The notes beneath the pieces were generated by a model, which worked only from the letters and a program-made list of their open reading frames with translations, searched no databases and was not told the DNA's origin. Positions 8,206 to 16,335 of a stretch of 18,617 nt of DNA are shown here, in pieces. Each line of letters starts with the position of its first letter. The first letter of the stretch is position 1. A program made the position numbers and the translations under genes. Source of the DNA: Escherichia phage YDC107_2; sequence record CP025713.1; one strand, given 5' to 3'.

Positions 8206-9456
8206 GTGCTTACCGATACAAAATTAAAAAACCTCAAGCCGCAGGACAAACTGTACAAGGTCTCCGATCGTGACGGGCTGTATGTAGCTGTGCTTACGTC
8301 AGGCACGGTCTCATTTCGTTATGACTACCGTATCAACGGTCGCCGCGAAACACTGGTAATCGGGCAGTATGGGCGTGACGGTATCAGCCTGGCAGAAGCG
8401 CGGGAAGAACTGATTGCTGCAAAGAAGCTGCTTAAAGCAGGCCAGTCACCGGCTGCGGCTAAACGTGACGGTATCAAAAAGATTCGTGGTGCCGAAACGT
8501 TTGCGGTACATACCGACAGTTATATGAAACACGTCATCCTGGCTGAAAGTACCCGCGCAATGAAGCAGGCAGTGATCGACCGTGACATACTTCCGGTTCT
8601 TGGCAACAAAATGATGGCTGAAATTACCACATCGATGGTTCGTGATTTGTGTGACCGGATTGTCGAACGCGGTGGCCGGGCAACAGCAGTGCAGGCCAGG
8701 GAGATCATCAGCAGCGTATACCGTCACGCCAATGACCGTGGTCATGGTTTGTTTAATCCTGCGGCTGACATTAAGCCTTCGTCTATCGCCATATTTAAAC
8801 CACGAGAGCGAACACTGACACCAGAAGAAATTGGCCTGTTCTTCCGCACGTTGGATGCCATTGGTGCTATGGGCACTATGAAAATGGCTTTAAAACTGGT
8901 GCTTATCACTATGGTTCGTAAGGGCGAATTCACCAATGCAACGTGGGATGAAATAGATTTTAAAAAATGGACATGGACAATTCCTTCAGACCGCATGAAG
9001 GGAAGCCGGGCGCATGTTATTTACCTGCCTAAACAGGCTCAGGATATATTGGTCGGGTTGCAGATGTGCGCTGGTGGAAGTGAATATCTGGTTCCTGGTC
9101 GTTACAATTTCCGGAAGCCATTATCTAATGCCGCGCTGAACTCTCTGATCGACAGAACGGTGAAAATAATAAATGAAGATGGTGAGCATATTCAGGATTT
9201 CACCGTACACGATATGCGCCGTACAGCCAGTACGTTGTTGCATGAGGCTGGTTATCCTTCAGACTGGATTGAAAAGGCTCTGGCACATGAGCAGAAAGGT
9301 GTGCGCGCCGTATATAACAAAGCGGAATACGCCAGACAGCGCGCCTACATGTTGCAGCAGTGGGCCGATATGATTGATTCCTGGATTAACGGGGAGCATA
9401 CGGATCTGATTCCGTTCTCCCCGTCGAAGTTTGAGAAGTGGATGGCGGGGGAATAA
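8206..9456 (+). CDS. int: tyrosine recombinase / phage integrase, P4-like with N-terminal arm-binding domain
   Basis: 416-aa intact ORF with GTG start. The N-terminus LTDTKLKNLKPQDKLYKVSDRDGLYVAV is typical of the arm-DNA-binding domain of P4-family integrases; the C-terminal catalytic region carries the HxxR…Y pattern (…HDMRRTASTLLHEAGY…AHEQKGVRAVYNKAEY). Confidence 0.85.
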   Translation: MLTDTKLKNLKPQDKLYKVSDRDGLYVAVLTSGTVSFRYDYRINGRRETLVIGQYGRDGISLAEAREELIAAKKLLKAGQSPAAAKRDGIKKIRGAETFAVHTDSYMKHVILAESTRAMKQAVIDRDILPVLGNKMMAEITTSMVRDLCDRIVERGGRATAVQAREIISSVYRHANDRGHGLFNPAADIKPSSIAIFKPRERTLTPEEIGLFFRTLDAIGAMGTMKMALKLVLITMVRKGEFTNATWDEIDFKKWTWTIPSDRMKGSRAHVIYLPKQAQDILVGLQMCAGGSEYLVPGRYNFRKPLSNAALNSLIDRTVKIINEDGEHIQDFTVHDMRRTASTLLHEAGYPSDWIEKALAHEQKGVRAVYNKAEYARQRAYMLQQWADMIDSWINGEHTDLIPFSPSKFEKWMAGE

Positions 9457-9459
9457 CGT

Positions 9460-9654
9460 TTAATTATTCTGCTGATTTTCTTCCATCTCGGCTTCTGCTG
9501 CCAGTGATTCAATTTTATCTGTGAATATTGCTGACAGTGTTGCAAATTCAGCATCAGTGACAGCGGGAATTGGAACAAACCTGATCCCGCTGTGTGCAAG
9601 CATGTTTGCAGTTTCAAGGCATTTCCTTAAATCTGATGGTGATGCCCTGTTCAT
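9460..9654 (-). CDS. small acidic protein (64 aa) translationally coupled to the methyltransferase; function unknown
   Basis: The ATG at 9654..9652 overlaps the methyltransferase stop (ATGA); it is in frame with track ORF 9460..9774; sequence MNRASPSDLRKCLETANMLAHSGIRFVPIPAVTDAEFATLSAIFTDKIESLAAEAEMEENQQNN. No homology recognised. Confidence 0.35.
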   Translation of the reverse strand: MNRASPSDLRKCLETANMLAHSGIRFVPIPAVTDAEFATLSAIFTDKIESLAAEAEMEENQQNN

Positions 9655-10301
9655 GCTGCACGCTCCCGCCCCTGGTTGTCTGTTGGTGACAGCGGAGCAT
9701 TGCTGAATGCATTTGTTAATCTGGCAATATCCAACGCGTATCCAGGGTGTAGTTGCACTGCCGGGTCTTCGCACTGATTACCCCAAACATCGAAACCATG
9801 AGACGACTGGCGGGCGAACAGTTCAATGCGAGAAACATCGCCTAACAATTGCACAAGTTTTTCACGAACGATATCTGGTTTTCTTGAATGCTCAAGCCGC
9901 GGTGCGGTAAATGACTGAACGATCCCTGCATTAATGCGCGTAGGTAGTTTTCCCTTTACTGCAAACAGGCAATCTTCACTATTGGCGCGAGTCATGTGAC
10001 CCATACCCATAACCAGTTTATCTGGTTGTCGACTACCACATTTTATCCACGTGAATCCCTTCATGGTCATCAGACGGAATCCCCAGGCCTCAACAACTTT
10101 TAGTGCTTCGAGTGGTTGTGTTGGCACCCACCACATGGCCAACAGACAGTTTTCATCGGCCAAATCCCACACAGGAAGGCGGCAGATATCCAGCACACTC
10201 ATAACCGGATATTTAAAACCGGCACCGCGATTACCATCTGCGGCTTTGTCCCGGTATACCCAGGGTGGATCTGCATAGATTAGTGTGTATTTCTTAGTCA
10301 T
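9651..10301 (-). CDS. DNA N6-adenine methyltransferase, MT-A70 family (orphan phage methylase)
   Basis: MTKKYTLIYADPPW… carries the DPPW catalytic motif of MT-A70 / Dam-like N6-adenine methyltransferases. The likely start is the ATG at 10301 (the track extends upstream to 10313). No restriction partner is visible. Confidence 0.7.
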   Translation of the reverse strand: MTKKYTLIYADPPWVYRDKAADGNRGAGFKYPVMSVLDICRLPVWDLADENCLLAMWWVPTQPLEALKVVEAWGFRLMTMKGFTWIKCGSRQPDKLVMGMGHMTRANSEDCLFAVKGKLPTRINAGIVQSFTAPRLEHSRKPDIVREKLVQLLGDVSRIELFARQSSHGFDVWGNQCEDPAVQLHPGYALDIARLTNAFSNAPLSPTDNQGRERAA

Positions 10302-10560
10302 AAACCACCCCACAACATCCTATGCCGCTATAGTCGCCACGGCGAAGGCCGTTACCTTTTGTGATACATTGGTCCCTGCGAACCGCGATCCTTGCACGCT
10401 CAACATCACCAGAAGCAACATCCATACACTGAAGCCAAAGGTGAGCGGCAATGCGGAACTGCCCTTTTTTCTCTCTTTCAATCGCGCGTTTTTCGATCTC
10501 TATCGCCGCAGGAGTAACGGCGACAATCTTTGACGGACTGCGCATTGAAACCTTGTTCAT
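10294..10560 (-). CDS. PerC-like transcriptional activator family protein
   Basis: …KRAIEREKKGQFRIAAHLWLQCMDVASGDVERARIAVRRDQCITKG… resembles the PerC family signature (Lys-Gly…RRAA…W…RRDQC) from memory. The start is ambiguous: ATG 10560 or GTG 10593. Confidence 0.5.
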   Translation of the reverse strand: MNKVSMRSPSKIVAVTPAAIEIEKRAIEREKKGQFRIAAHLWLQCMDVASGDVERARIAVRRDQCITKGNGLRRGDYSGIGCCGVVYD

Positions 10561-10702
10561 GTGATATTTTTCAAGTCGGCTTAACTTTCTCACTTAATCC
10601 AACCCTCTCTGAAAATTAATGCCAGCAGATAAAGCCATGCTGAAACAGAGGCCAGGAATAAGTACCATCCTGACCATTTGCTCCAGTGCCTTAGCAGCAC
10701 AC

Positions 10703-10951
10703 TCATGCCGCGTTGCTCACGGGACGATATACACGTTGCTGAACAGGAGGTTTTTTACCCTGGAACTCTGCCGGGCTTGCTGCCTGACGTTCATCAAGCC
10801 AACGCTCAACTTCATCACGGTTCCATGCGCAGCGTTTATCGGTGATATACCAGCGTTTAGGAAATTCCCCTGCGCGCTCCATACGGTCGATAGTGCTCCA
10901 TGACAGTGGAACCACCGCCAGGAGTTCCTTCTTACCTAATGCACCTTTCAT
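10703..10951 (-). CDS. AlpA-family phage transcriptional regulator / excisionase-like HTH protein
   Basis: 82 aa; LLAVVPLSWSTIDRMERAGEFPKRWYITDKRCAWNRDEVERWL matches the AlpA pattern (…LSRSTIYR…G.FPKP…AW…E.WL). Confidence 0.65.
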   Translation of the reverse strand: MKGALGKKELLAVVPLSWSTIDRMERAGEFPKRWYITDKRCAWNRDEVERWLDERQAASPAEFQGKKPPVQQRVYRPVSNAA

Positions 10952-11000
10952 AAATACCTCTCTTGGTTGCAGTGCGGCGCGCGTGGCGCCGCGGTGGTGG

Positions 11001-11942
11001 TTACATAGATGTTTCGTTTAATTCTTCCCGACGAACGCTGTAAACGTCGGTGGCTTTTGCCAGCAGTTCGTCATCATCTGAAAGTTTTTGTGCAATGTAT
11101 TTGTAAGCCTTATCCAGTTCGGAGACAGTGCTGTAATTCATCGCTGCGCTGGTAAAGGCCATCAGCATTTCTTCTGGATCACGGCTGTCCGATTTACGCG
11201 TTTGCTCATCAGGCTTTTTCGCTGGTTTAGCGTTGATCAGACTGTTCATTCCCGCAGCAGTGGTCGTTTGCGGAGTAATGTCTCGCTCAACGCGCGGTGC
11301 CGTTTCCTGTAATTCGTCTGGGGTGTAGACGCCCATGATTACGTCAGGACAGTGCAGGCGAGACCAGCGTTTTGTCGCAAGGTATGCGAGTTGTTGTTTC
11401 GGATCACTGGCCCAAAGTGTGGAGTTTCTTACCTGTGCTTGAGACAGCATTAACTCAAGCACTCGAGGTTGATCCTCGCCCTTCATGGTTGCCCATACGC
11501 GAACACCGCAGCCTTCTTCGTCTTTTAGAGTCCAGCCTGGTGCGATATATGGATTGCCGTTTTTGGATGTTTTCTCAACAAACTTACCGATCACGCGTTC
11601 CCACGGCCCGAACCACTCGTAGTTGATGCGATCTTTTGTTGGCGACATCGTTGAGATAACTGCGTTTACTAATTGGGCTTCATAACCTAGCGTGCCGTTC
11701 ACAACATGGGTTTTCTGAGCCACGGCAAACGGGTTCATTCCCCACTGCGCAGCCTGCATTGCCACGGCCATGCAATCAGCTGGTTTCCCGGCGAGGTGCG
11801 CCGGTACCGTTACGCGGCTTTGCGCCATTACCTCGGCGAATTTCATCAGTTGGTTCAAGCCGTCTGGGCTGAAAATAGTTGCAGCAGTTCCAGCGATTGC
11901 TGTGTCTACTGGTGCGTTGATGTTTGCGATGTCGTTGCTCAT
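11001..11942 (-). CDS. recT: RecT-family single-strand annealing recombinase
   Basis: About 313 aa. The ATG at 11942..11940 overlaps the exonuclease stop (ATGA). The RecT assignment rests on length and pairing with the adjacent exonuclease; the family call is from memory. Confidence 0.65.
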   Translation of the reverse strand: MSNDIANINAPVDTAIAGTAATIFSPDGLNQLMKFAEVMAQSRVTVPAHLAGKPADCMAVAMQAAQWGMNPFAVAQKTHVVNGTLGYEAQLVNAVISTMSPTKDRINYEWFGPWERVIGKFVEKTSKNGNPYIAPGWTLKDEEGCGVRVWATMKGEDQPRVLELMLSQAQVRNSTLWASDPKQQLAYLATKRWSRLHCPDVIMGVYTPDELQETAPRVERDITPQTTTAAGMNSLINAKPAKKPDEQTRKSDSRDPEEMLMAFTSAAMNYSTVSELDKAYKYIAQKLSDDDELLAKATDVYSVRREELNETSM

Positions 11943-12760
11943 ATGTACATATCCTGTTTGCGTGCCCACTCAGGGCGTTTAATGATTTCCACACCGCCCC
12001 ATTCATCATTGATGCGGCATTCGTGATAGGTATTCAGATCCCGGCGGAACAGAGCGTGCCCGGCATCGACATCCTGCGCATCCAGCTCGAACACGCGTAC
12101 CGGATACCGACCACAATCAATGCTTTCGCTCACGGCAAGAAAGAAAAAACCATGCGGCTGACCAGTAACCCTCATTGCGCCTTCGCGGTACATTGCGTCC
12201 TGCACGTGGTAGCGGAATTCCTCGATGTGGCGTGCAAAACGGTCCATATCTGCAACCTTTTTCACGTCGACGATCACGTTGTGCTCGTTCAGCCATTTGT
12301 CTGGACGAATTCGGCACAACTCCCCCGTCTCTTCATCGTTCCAGTACATTGATGCTTCGCAGTAACCAGGTGCTTCCAGCATCCAGCGTGCCGCCGGGTG
12401 AGCCATTGCGCTATCACGCATCAGCTCCAGTTTCCGCCACTGCTCGGCATCAAGTACCGTAATCCCCATATCCGCCACATCACGAAGAAATTCCTCTTCG
12501 TCAGCTTTACCTTGTTTCGTCCGACGATCGAATTTCGGTGAAACAATGAAGCGTTTGTCGAACTCTCCAGGCTCCAGAAGCAGACAGTGCAATGCGGTTC
12601 CCATATCCAGTGCAGACTTTTTCTCTTCGTCTTCTGGTGCTGCCTGAACCCATTTAAGAAGCGCCGGATTCTTGGCAACCATGTCCAGTTGCGACTTACT
12701 CACGCCGTCACCGGCGTGGTAGTCTTCGTTGCTGATGTCGAAATAAATTCCCGGTTTCAT
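11939..12760 (-). CDS. RecE-like PD-(D/E)XK 5'-3' exonuclease, partner of RecT
   Basis: 273-aa intact ORF beginning MKPGIYFDISNEDYHAGDGVSKSQLD…, with …RIRPDKWLNEHNVIVDVKKV… consistent with a PD-(D/E)XK nuclease core; translationally coupled to the flanking genes. Confidence 0.6.
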   Translation of the reverse strand: MKPGIYFDISNEDYHAGDGVSKSQLDMVAKNPALLKWVQAAPEDEEKKSALDMGTALHCLLLEPGEFDKRFIVSPKFDRRTKQGKADEEEFLRDVADMGITVLDAEQWRKLELMRDSAMAHPAARWMLEAPGYCEASMYWNDEETGELCRIRPDKWLNEHNVIVDVKKVADMDRFARHIEEFRYHVQDAMYREGAMRVTGQPHGFFFLAVSESIDCGRYPVRVFELDAQDVDAGHALFRRDLNTYHECRINDEWGGVEIIKRPEWARKQDMYI

Positions 12761-13020
12761 GCCGCGTCCCTCTGCCCATCAAGCTGATCAGCCAGATCCC
12801 AGCGGGCGATAATTGCCATTGCCTCGCGCCGGTAGGCATCCATTAGTTCTTCGAACTCAGGGCTGTCTTTAGCGGCCTCCAGTACTTCCTGGCGAACGCC
12901 TTTAACTGTTACAACGTCGAAAGTTGATGCCAGTTGATGAAGCCGGATACTCTCAATCAGTTCAACTTGTCGGTCATATAGCTGTTCTGACAGACGGTAG
13001 TCCTTGTCGAATGCCAGCAT
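12757..13020 (-). CDS. hypothetical early protein (87 aa, helical), first long gene of the leftward early operon
   Basis: Intact track ORF whose stop overlaps the exonuclease start; no motif recognised. Lambda places gam/kil-type genes in this position. Confidence 0.45.
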   Translation of the reverse strand: MLAFDKDYRLSEQLYDRQVELIESIRLHQLASTFDVVTVKGVRQEVLEAAKDSPEFEELMDAYRREAMAIIARWDLADQLDGQRDAA

Positions 13021-13057
13021 GATTTTTGAAGATTTTTCTGCTGATTAACGTTCATTA

Positions 13058-13210
13058 TCAGCCCTCCCATATCTCGTTATCGTTGGCCACATCGCGAGCT
13101 TCTTTGCTGACGAAAGCCCACTTAATGCCTTCCTGTAAGGTGCGGAACTTCCAGCTCATGAATCCGCATGCAGTAACGCAGTACCAACCGTTGATGATTT
13201 TCCACTGCAT
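13058..13210 (-). CDS. small hypothetical protein (50 aa) immediately downstream of the early-left promoter
   Basis: Hand translation MQWKIINGWYCVTACGFMSWKFRTLQEGIKWAFVSKEARDVANDNEIWEG; GAGGT lies 9 nt upstream of the ATG at 13210; below the track cutoff. Confidence 0.35.
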   Translation of the reverse strand: MQWKIINGWYCVTACGFMSWKFRTLQEGIKWAFVSKEARDVANDNEIWEG

Positions 13211-13228
13211 AACTTGTTACCTCGGTCT

Positions 13229-13245
13229 GTTACCGTTGAGGTAAT
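13229..13245. promoter_or_regulatory. operator-like palindrome, site C (GTTACCGTTGAGGTAAT) at the early-left promoter
   Basis: TTACCG-N3-AGGTAA, directly abutting the -10-like element; an extra TTACC half-site lies at 13217-13221. Confidence 0.5.
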
Positions 13246-13272
13246 AATTATGCGTATATGGTTTGATGTCAA
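13246..13272 (-). promoter_or_regulatory. candidate early-left (pL-like) sigma-70 promoter
   Basis: On the minus strand a perfect TTGACA -35 (13272..13267) is followed 15-17 nt later by a CATAATT -10-like element (about 13252..13246), bracketed by operator sites D and C. Confidence 0.4.
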
Positions 13273-13290
13273 TAGATATGAGTTAAAAAA

Positions 13291-13307
13291 ATTACCCGTT
13301 AGGTAAT
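13291..13307. promoter_or_regulatory. operator-like palindrome, site D (ATTACCCGTTAGGTAAT)
   Basis: TTACCC-N3-AGGTAA, between the repressor terminator and the -35 of the early-left promoter. Confidence 0.5.
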
Positions 13308-13316
13308 CGAATAGGC

Positions 13317-13340
13317 AATAAAAAGCCGCCATAAGGCGGC
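13317..13340 (-). terminator. rho-independent terminator of the repressor gene
   Basis: GCCGCC (13325-13330), loop ATAA, GGCGGC (13335-13340); on the minus strand the stem is followed by TTTTTATT (complement of 13317-13324). Confidence 0.5.
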
Positions 13341-13362
13341 TTACTTACTGAAAAATATGGTT

Positions 13363-13948
13363 TTATTGTTTGTTTTTTTCGTTCTGGTTGATGACAAATT
13401 CAATGTAACTTTCGATCTTTGCTTTCTCGGTTTCGGGTAACAATGCGTAGCGCGAGCGATCATAGTTGATGGTCGCAGGGTCGTGCGGGTGAATCAGTAA
13501 TTCATAGCCGTGACGCCCGAATGCGGATGCAACATTCTCCAGGGTGGAAATGGAAACGCTGACCTCATTGTTTAACAGGCGGCTGATTGTCACCTGGGCG
13601 ACGCCGGATGCGCGGTGAAGTTTTCCCTGTGTTGAAAGGTCGCGGCTTTCGCTCATCCAGCGTTCCAGGTTGTGAGCCGCCAGCTGGCCAATGTCGCTTG
13701 GGCCGACAGGCTGAAAACCTTCCTGAGAAAGCGAGCGATCGATATCAAGCCAGTTACGGGGTTTATTGGCGGCAGCTTCAATTTTTCGCGCAACCTGATC
13801 GCCGATAACCTTCTTACCAAGAGCCCAGCGGTTTTACCAGATTTGCCTGAGTTCCAAGTTTTTCAGCCATCCGCGTCTGAACACCATTGAATTCACGGTC
13901 GATCAAGTCGTTGAGATTTTGCCTGCGGACGTCCTGGATACTTTTCAT
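13363..13948 (-). CDS. immunity repressor candidate: CI-like protein with two HTH-like regions and no recognisable LexA-like S24 cleavage domain; one frameshift
   Basis: Minus-strand ATG at 13948 gives MKSIQDVRRQNLNDLIDREFNGVQTRMAEKLGTQANLV… (HTH), which stops after the A-run near 13830; the next frame continues …GKKVIGDQVARKIEAAANKP… into track ORF 13363..13656 (second HTH-like …GKLHRASGVAQVTISRLLNN…). It is divergent from the Cro-like gene with operator palindromes on both sides. Confidence 0.6.
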
Positions 13949-14002
13949 TTTCTGGAAAATCGCCTCATATCTGAATCAGAAGATGATTCAATTTAAAGCA
14001 AT

Positions 14003-14019
14003 ATTACCCAACAGGTAAA
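14003..14019. promoter_or_regulatory. operator-like palindrome, site E (ATTACCCAACAGGTAAA) in the repressor/cro intergenic region
   Basis: TTACCC-N3-AGGTAA; a degenerate copy GCACCTCATGGGTAAC follows at 14021-14036. Confidence 0.5.
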
Positions 14020-14050
14020 TGCACCTCATGGGTAACTATCCTTGATTTTT

Positions 14051-14067
14051 GTTACCTTATAGGTGAA
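14051..14067. promoter_or_regulatory. operator-like palindrome, site F (GTTACCTTATAGGTGAA)
   Basis: TTACCT-N3-AGGTGA, one mismatch; about 35 bp upstream of the Cro-like ATG; a TTGATT -35-like hexamer lies at 14042-14047. Confidence 0.45.
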
Positions 14068-14102
14068 TATTTATTATCTGAAATAAATATCAGGCAATAG
14101 CT

Positions 14103-14333
14103 ATGAGCGATAACGGACATTTCGATTTCAAAAAGCACTGGCTTGCACTTACTCCGGATGAGCGTGAAGCCTTCGCACAGGAAGCCGGAACGACGAGTCA
14201 CTATATCCAGACTCACTTAACAGGTAAGCGCAAAATGCCAGGTAAGGTATTGATGAATGGGCTTTTTAAAGCCTGTAAATCAAGACAATGGCTGCGCTCA
14301 AAAGCAGAACTGGTATACTTCTTCTACTCATGA
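14103..14333 (+). CDS. Cro-like / CII-like small HTH regulator (76 aa)
   Basis: Intact track ORF divergent from the repressor; …DEREAFAQEAGTTSHYIQTHLTGKR… has a helix-turn-helix signature; followed by a terminator. Confidence 0.5.
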   Translation: MSDNGHFDFKKHWLALTPDEREAFAQEAGTTSHYIQTHLTGKRKMPGKVLMNGLFKACKSRQWLRSKAELVYFFYS

Positions 14334-14355
14334 TATCCAGCTACAACCCTCTGTA

Positions 14356-14378
14356 GACCGCCACCCGGCGGTCTTTTC
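14356..14378 (+). terminator. rho-independent terminator after the Cro-like gene
   Basis: GACCGCC (14356-14362), loop ACCC, GGCGGTC (14367-14373), then TTTTC. Confidence 0.5.
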
Positions 14379-14387
14379 ATATCTATT

Positions 14388-14404
14388 CGTACCTCAAAGG
14401 TAAT
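14388..14404. promoter_or_regulatory. operator-like palindrome, site G (CGTACCTCAAAGGTAAT)
   Basis: GTACCT-N3-AGGTAA, one mismatch; downstream of the cro terminator and upstream of the zinc-ribbon gene. Confidence 0.4.
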
Positions 14405-14483
14405 AAATAACCAAATGTGGTTGATCTTTTTTTTGTGTCAGCACAAAATGACCGTAATCCCAATACTAATAACAGGGCTTACC

Positions 14484-14683
14484 ATGGAAATCATTACACG
14501 TATTGATGCCGCAAAGCGCGGACTTAAACGCTACTACACCGGAAAACATGTAAGCACGGACATGACAGTGAACGCTGGGTTTACAACGGACACTGTGTTG
14601 AGTGCACCATGGAATCAAACCGTCGTATCAGGGCAGAGATTAAGCAGATCATGATTAATTCCTCCCCACAACATTCAAGCTGA
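14484..14683 (+). CDS. small zinc-ribbon-like protein (about 66 aa) between cro and the replication genes; one frameshift
   Basis: ATG 14484 with AGGG RBS gives MEIITRIDAAKRGLKRYYTGK…; after the A-run near 14540 the next frame reads …TCKHGHDSERWVYNGHCVECTMESNRRIRAEIKQIMINSSPQHSS, with a Cys/His cluster consistent with a zinc ribbon. Confidence 0.4.
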
Positions 14684-14698
14684 TAGCGGAGATTAATC

Positions 14699-15545
14699 AT
14701 GAGCAGACATGCAACAGATTGGGCCTGGGAGACAGATCCAGGTAGCTCGTCATTAAAGCTCATACTGCTCTCGATGGCTGACAGAGCCGAATGAATATAA
14801 CCTCTGCTACCCCAGCATAGAACGCCTCGTTAAAGACACTTGCCTGAATAAAAAAACCGTGCAGGCCGGGCTTATATCGCTCATGAAAATGGGGCTTATT
14901 TCAGAATACCGGAGAGAGAAAGGGAGCGACGAAAAGAGTGCGGGTTTTCTCTCTTAATATAACCAAAAACGGGAACATTAAAGGCAACCGGGAAGGGGTA
15001 ATGAACCGAAAGCGGTAATGTTACCGGAAAACGGGAATATACCCAAAAAACGGGATGTTGAATGATCCCAAAAAACGGGATGTTGAATGATCCCAAAAAC
15101 GGGATCCAGAACCAGTCATATAACCAGTCATTTACCAAGAGAGGGAGAGCAGGACAAAAAACGGGGATTCTGTGCATCATGACCCCGGCGCAAACAACGC
15201 CGTGATGAATAACTTTGTTCCTCCTGGTGGGCTAGGGCAATTAGGCAAATTTGTCATGCATGAACAATGGCGGCCATCAGATGATTTCTTCGGAAAAGCT
15301 CATTGCAGGGGATCTACCTGGACAGTCTGCCAACGGCACAGGAACTTGCAGAGTTCAGAATTTACTGGATGGCTGAGGGTAAGGCATACCATCAGGCACA
15401 GTGGGAGCAGAAGCTGGCAAGGCGGCTGCAGATTAGCAGACAGAAGCAATCAACATTACCTGATAACAACGTTCCGCACTGGAACAGCCCTGAAGCATGG
15501 AGGATTTCTTGTGAACAACGTTTTTACCGCGATACAAAACCGTGA
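14699..15545 (+). CDS. replication initiator (lambda O-like organisation): N-terminal HTH domain, internal origin iterons, C-terminal DnaT-like domain; reading frame broken in several places
   Basis: ATG 14699 with GGAG RBS gives MSRHATDWAWETD…; after a shift near 14775-14790 it continues …NEYNLCYPSIERLVKDTCLNKKTVQAGLISLMKMGLI… (replication-protein HTH). The iterons lie at 14963-15170. Track ORF 15303..15545 (…TAQELAEFRIYWMAEGKAYHQAQWEQKLARRLQ…) resembles the C-terminal domain of E. coli DnaT from memory. Confidence 0.5.
14963..15170. repeat. origin-of-replication iterons (AAAACGGGA-type direct repeats)
   Basis: The core ACGGGA/ACGGGG recurs six times at 14969, 15031, 15050, 15075, 15099 and 15161, including two identical tandem 25-bp copies CCCAAAAAACGGGATGTTGAATGAT (15042-15066 and 15067-15091). 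The region also holds a palindrome CGGTAATGTTACCG (15013-15026) and a direct repeat ACCAGTCAT (15111-15119, 15124-15132). Confidence 0.55.
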
Positions 15546-15564
15546 CGGAGAAGCCCTTTCTCGC

Positions 15565-16298
15565 ATGTCAGGTTATGAGCATCAGTACACCAACAATGAC
15601 AACGTAGTGAACATGTCAGCAGAGAGGCTTGTTGATGCCCTTTTCAAACAGTTGAAACACTGTTTCCGGCGGCAGTGGTAACCAACCTGAAGACGCCAGA
15701 GCAGGAAGTTGCTGCAAAACAGCAGTGGATTGCTGCGTTTGCCGAAGGGGGGATCCGAACCCGTGAACAGGTTTCTGCTGGTATGCGCCACGCCCGCGCC
15801 AGTGAATCTCCGTTCTGGCCGTCCGCCAGGGGCAATTTATCAAGTGGTGTAAAGACAGCAAGATGGTTCTTGGCGTCACCAATTGACGATGTGATGGCGG
15901 AGTTTCACCGGTACAGCAAGGAAAAAAGTTTATATCCTGGTGGTCCCGAAAGATTCCCGTGGCGGCATCCGGTTATGTACTGGGTCGTATGTGATACCCG
16001 CCGTGCAATGTATCAGCGCCAGCTTAGCGAGATTGAGGTTGAGAAACACGCGCGCAGGCCTGCTTGATGATTGGGCGAAAAAGGTGGCTTCCGGACAGCA
16101 GATACCCGATCCGGTGATCAGCATACAGGCAAAGCCAGAACCCATGAGTACGCCTCCGGACACAGGGAGAGACGTTTACCATCCACCAGGGCGAAGTTTC
16201 GGGTGTATGCCTAACGCCGCTACCCTGGGGGGAAAACACCGGCGCAGTGGCTGATGGAGGAATACAGGCGGGGAAAGGCGGCAGGATTTATCAAGTAA
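15565..16298 (+). CDS. lambda P-like replication protein (DnaB helicase loader); three frameshifts
   Basis: Track ORF 15675..16067 contains …QQWIAAFAEGGIRTREQVSAGMRHARASESPFWPSARG…SLYPGGPERFPWRHPVMYWVV…, which aligns with lambda P (…RRQWVLAFRENGITTMEQVNAGMRVARRQNRPFLPSPGQ…GLYPDAESYPWKSNAHYWLV…) from memory. The N-terminus is in frame 1 from ATG 15565; the C-terminus continues in ORF 15940..16254 and shifts again at GGGGGGAAAA (about 16228) to end …GKTPAQWLMEEYRRGKAAGFIK at TAA 16296-16298. Confidence 0.6.
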
Positions 16299-16335
16299 TA
16301 CCAGCGCGATAGCGCATTTTTTTTACGTCTCAATA

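Noticed and set aside
9460-9774. 104-aa track ORF read as a frameshifted C-terminal extension of the methyltransferase
   Set aside because: An internal ATG at 9654 overlaps the methyltransferase stop in the ATGA arrangement typical of translational coupling, so a separate 64-aa gene is the simpler reading. Not fully excluded.
11924-12352. 142-aa plus-strand ORF
   Set aside because: Antisense to the RecE-like exonuclease gene, which is intact and translationally coupled to its neighbours.
14941-15180. Repeat cluster considered as a CRISPR array
   Set aside because: Repeat units are short (6-25 bp), of unequal length and spacing, and sit inside a replication-initiator gene; this is the pattern of origin iterons.
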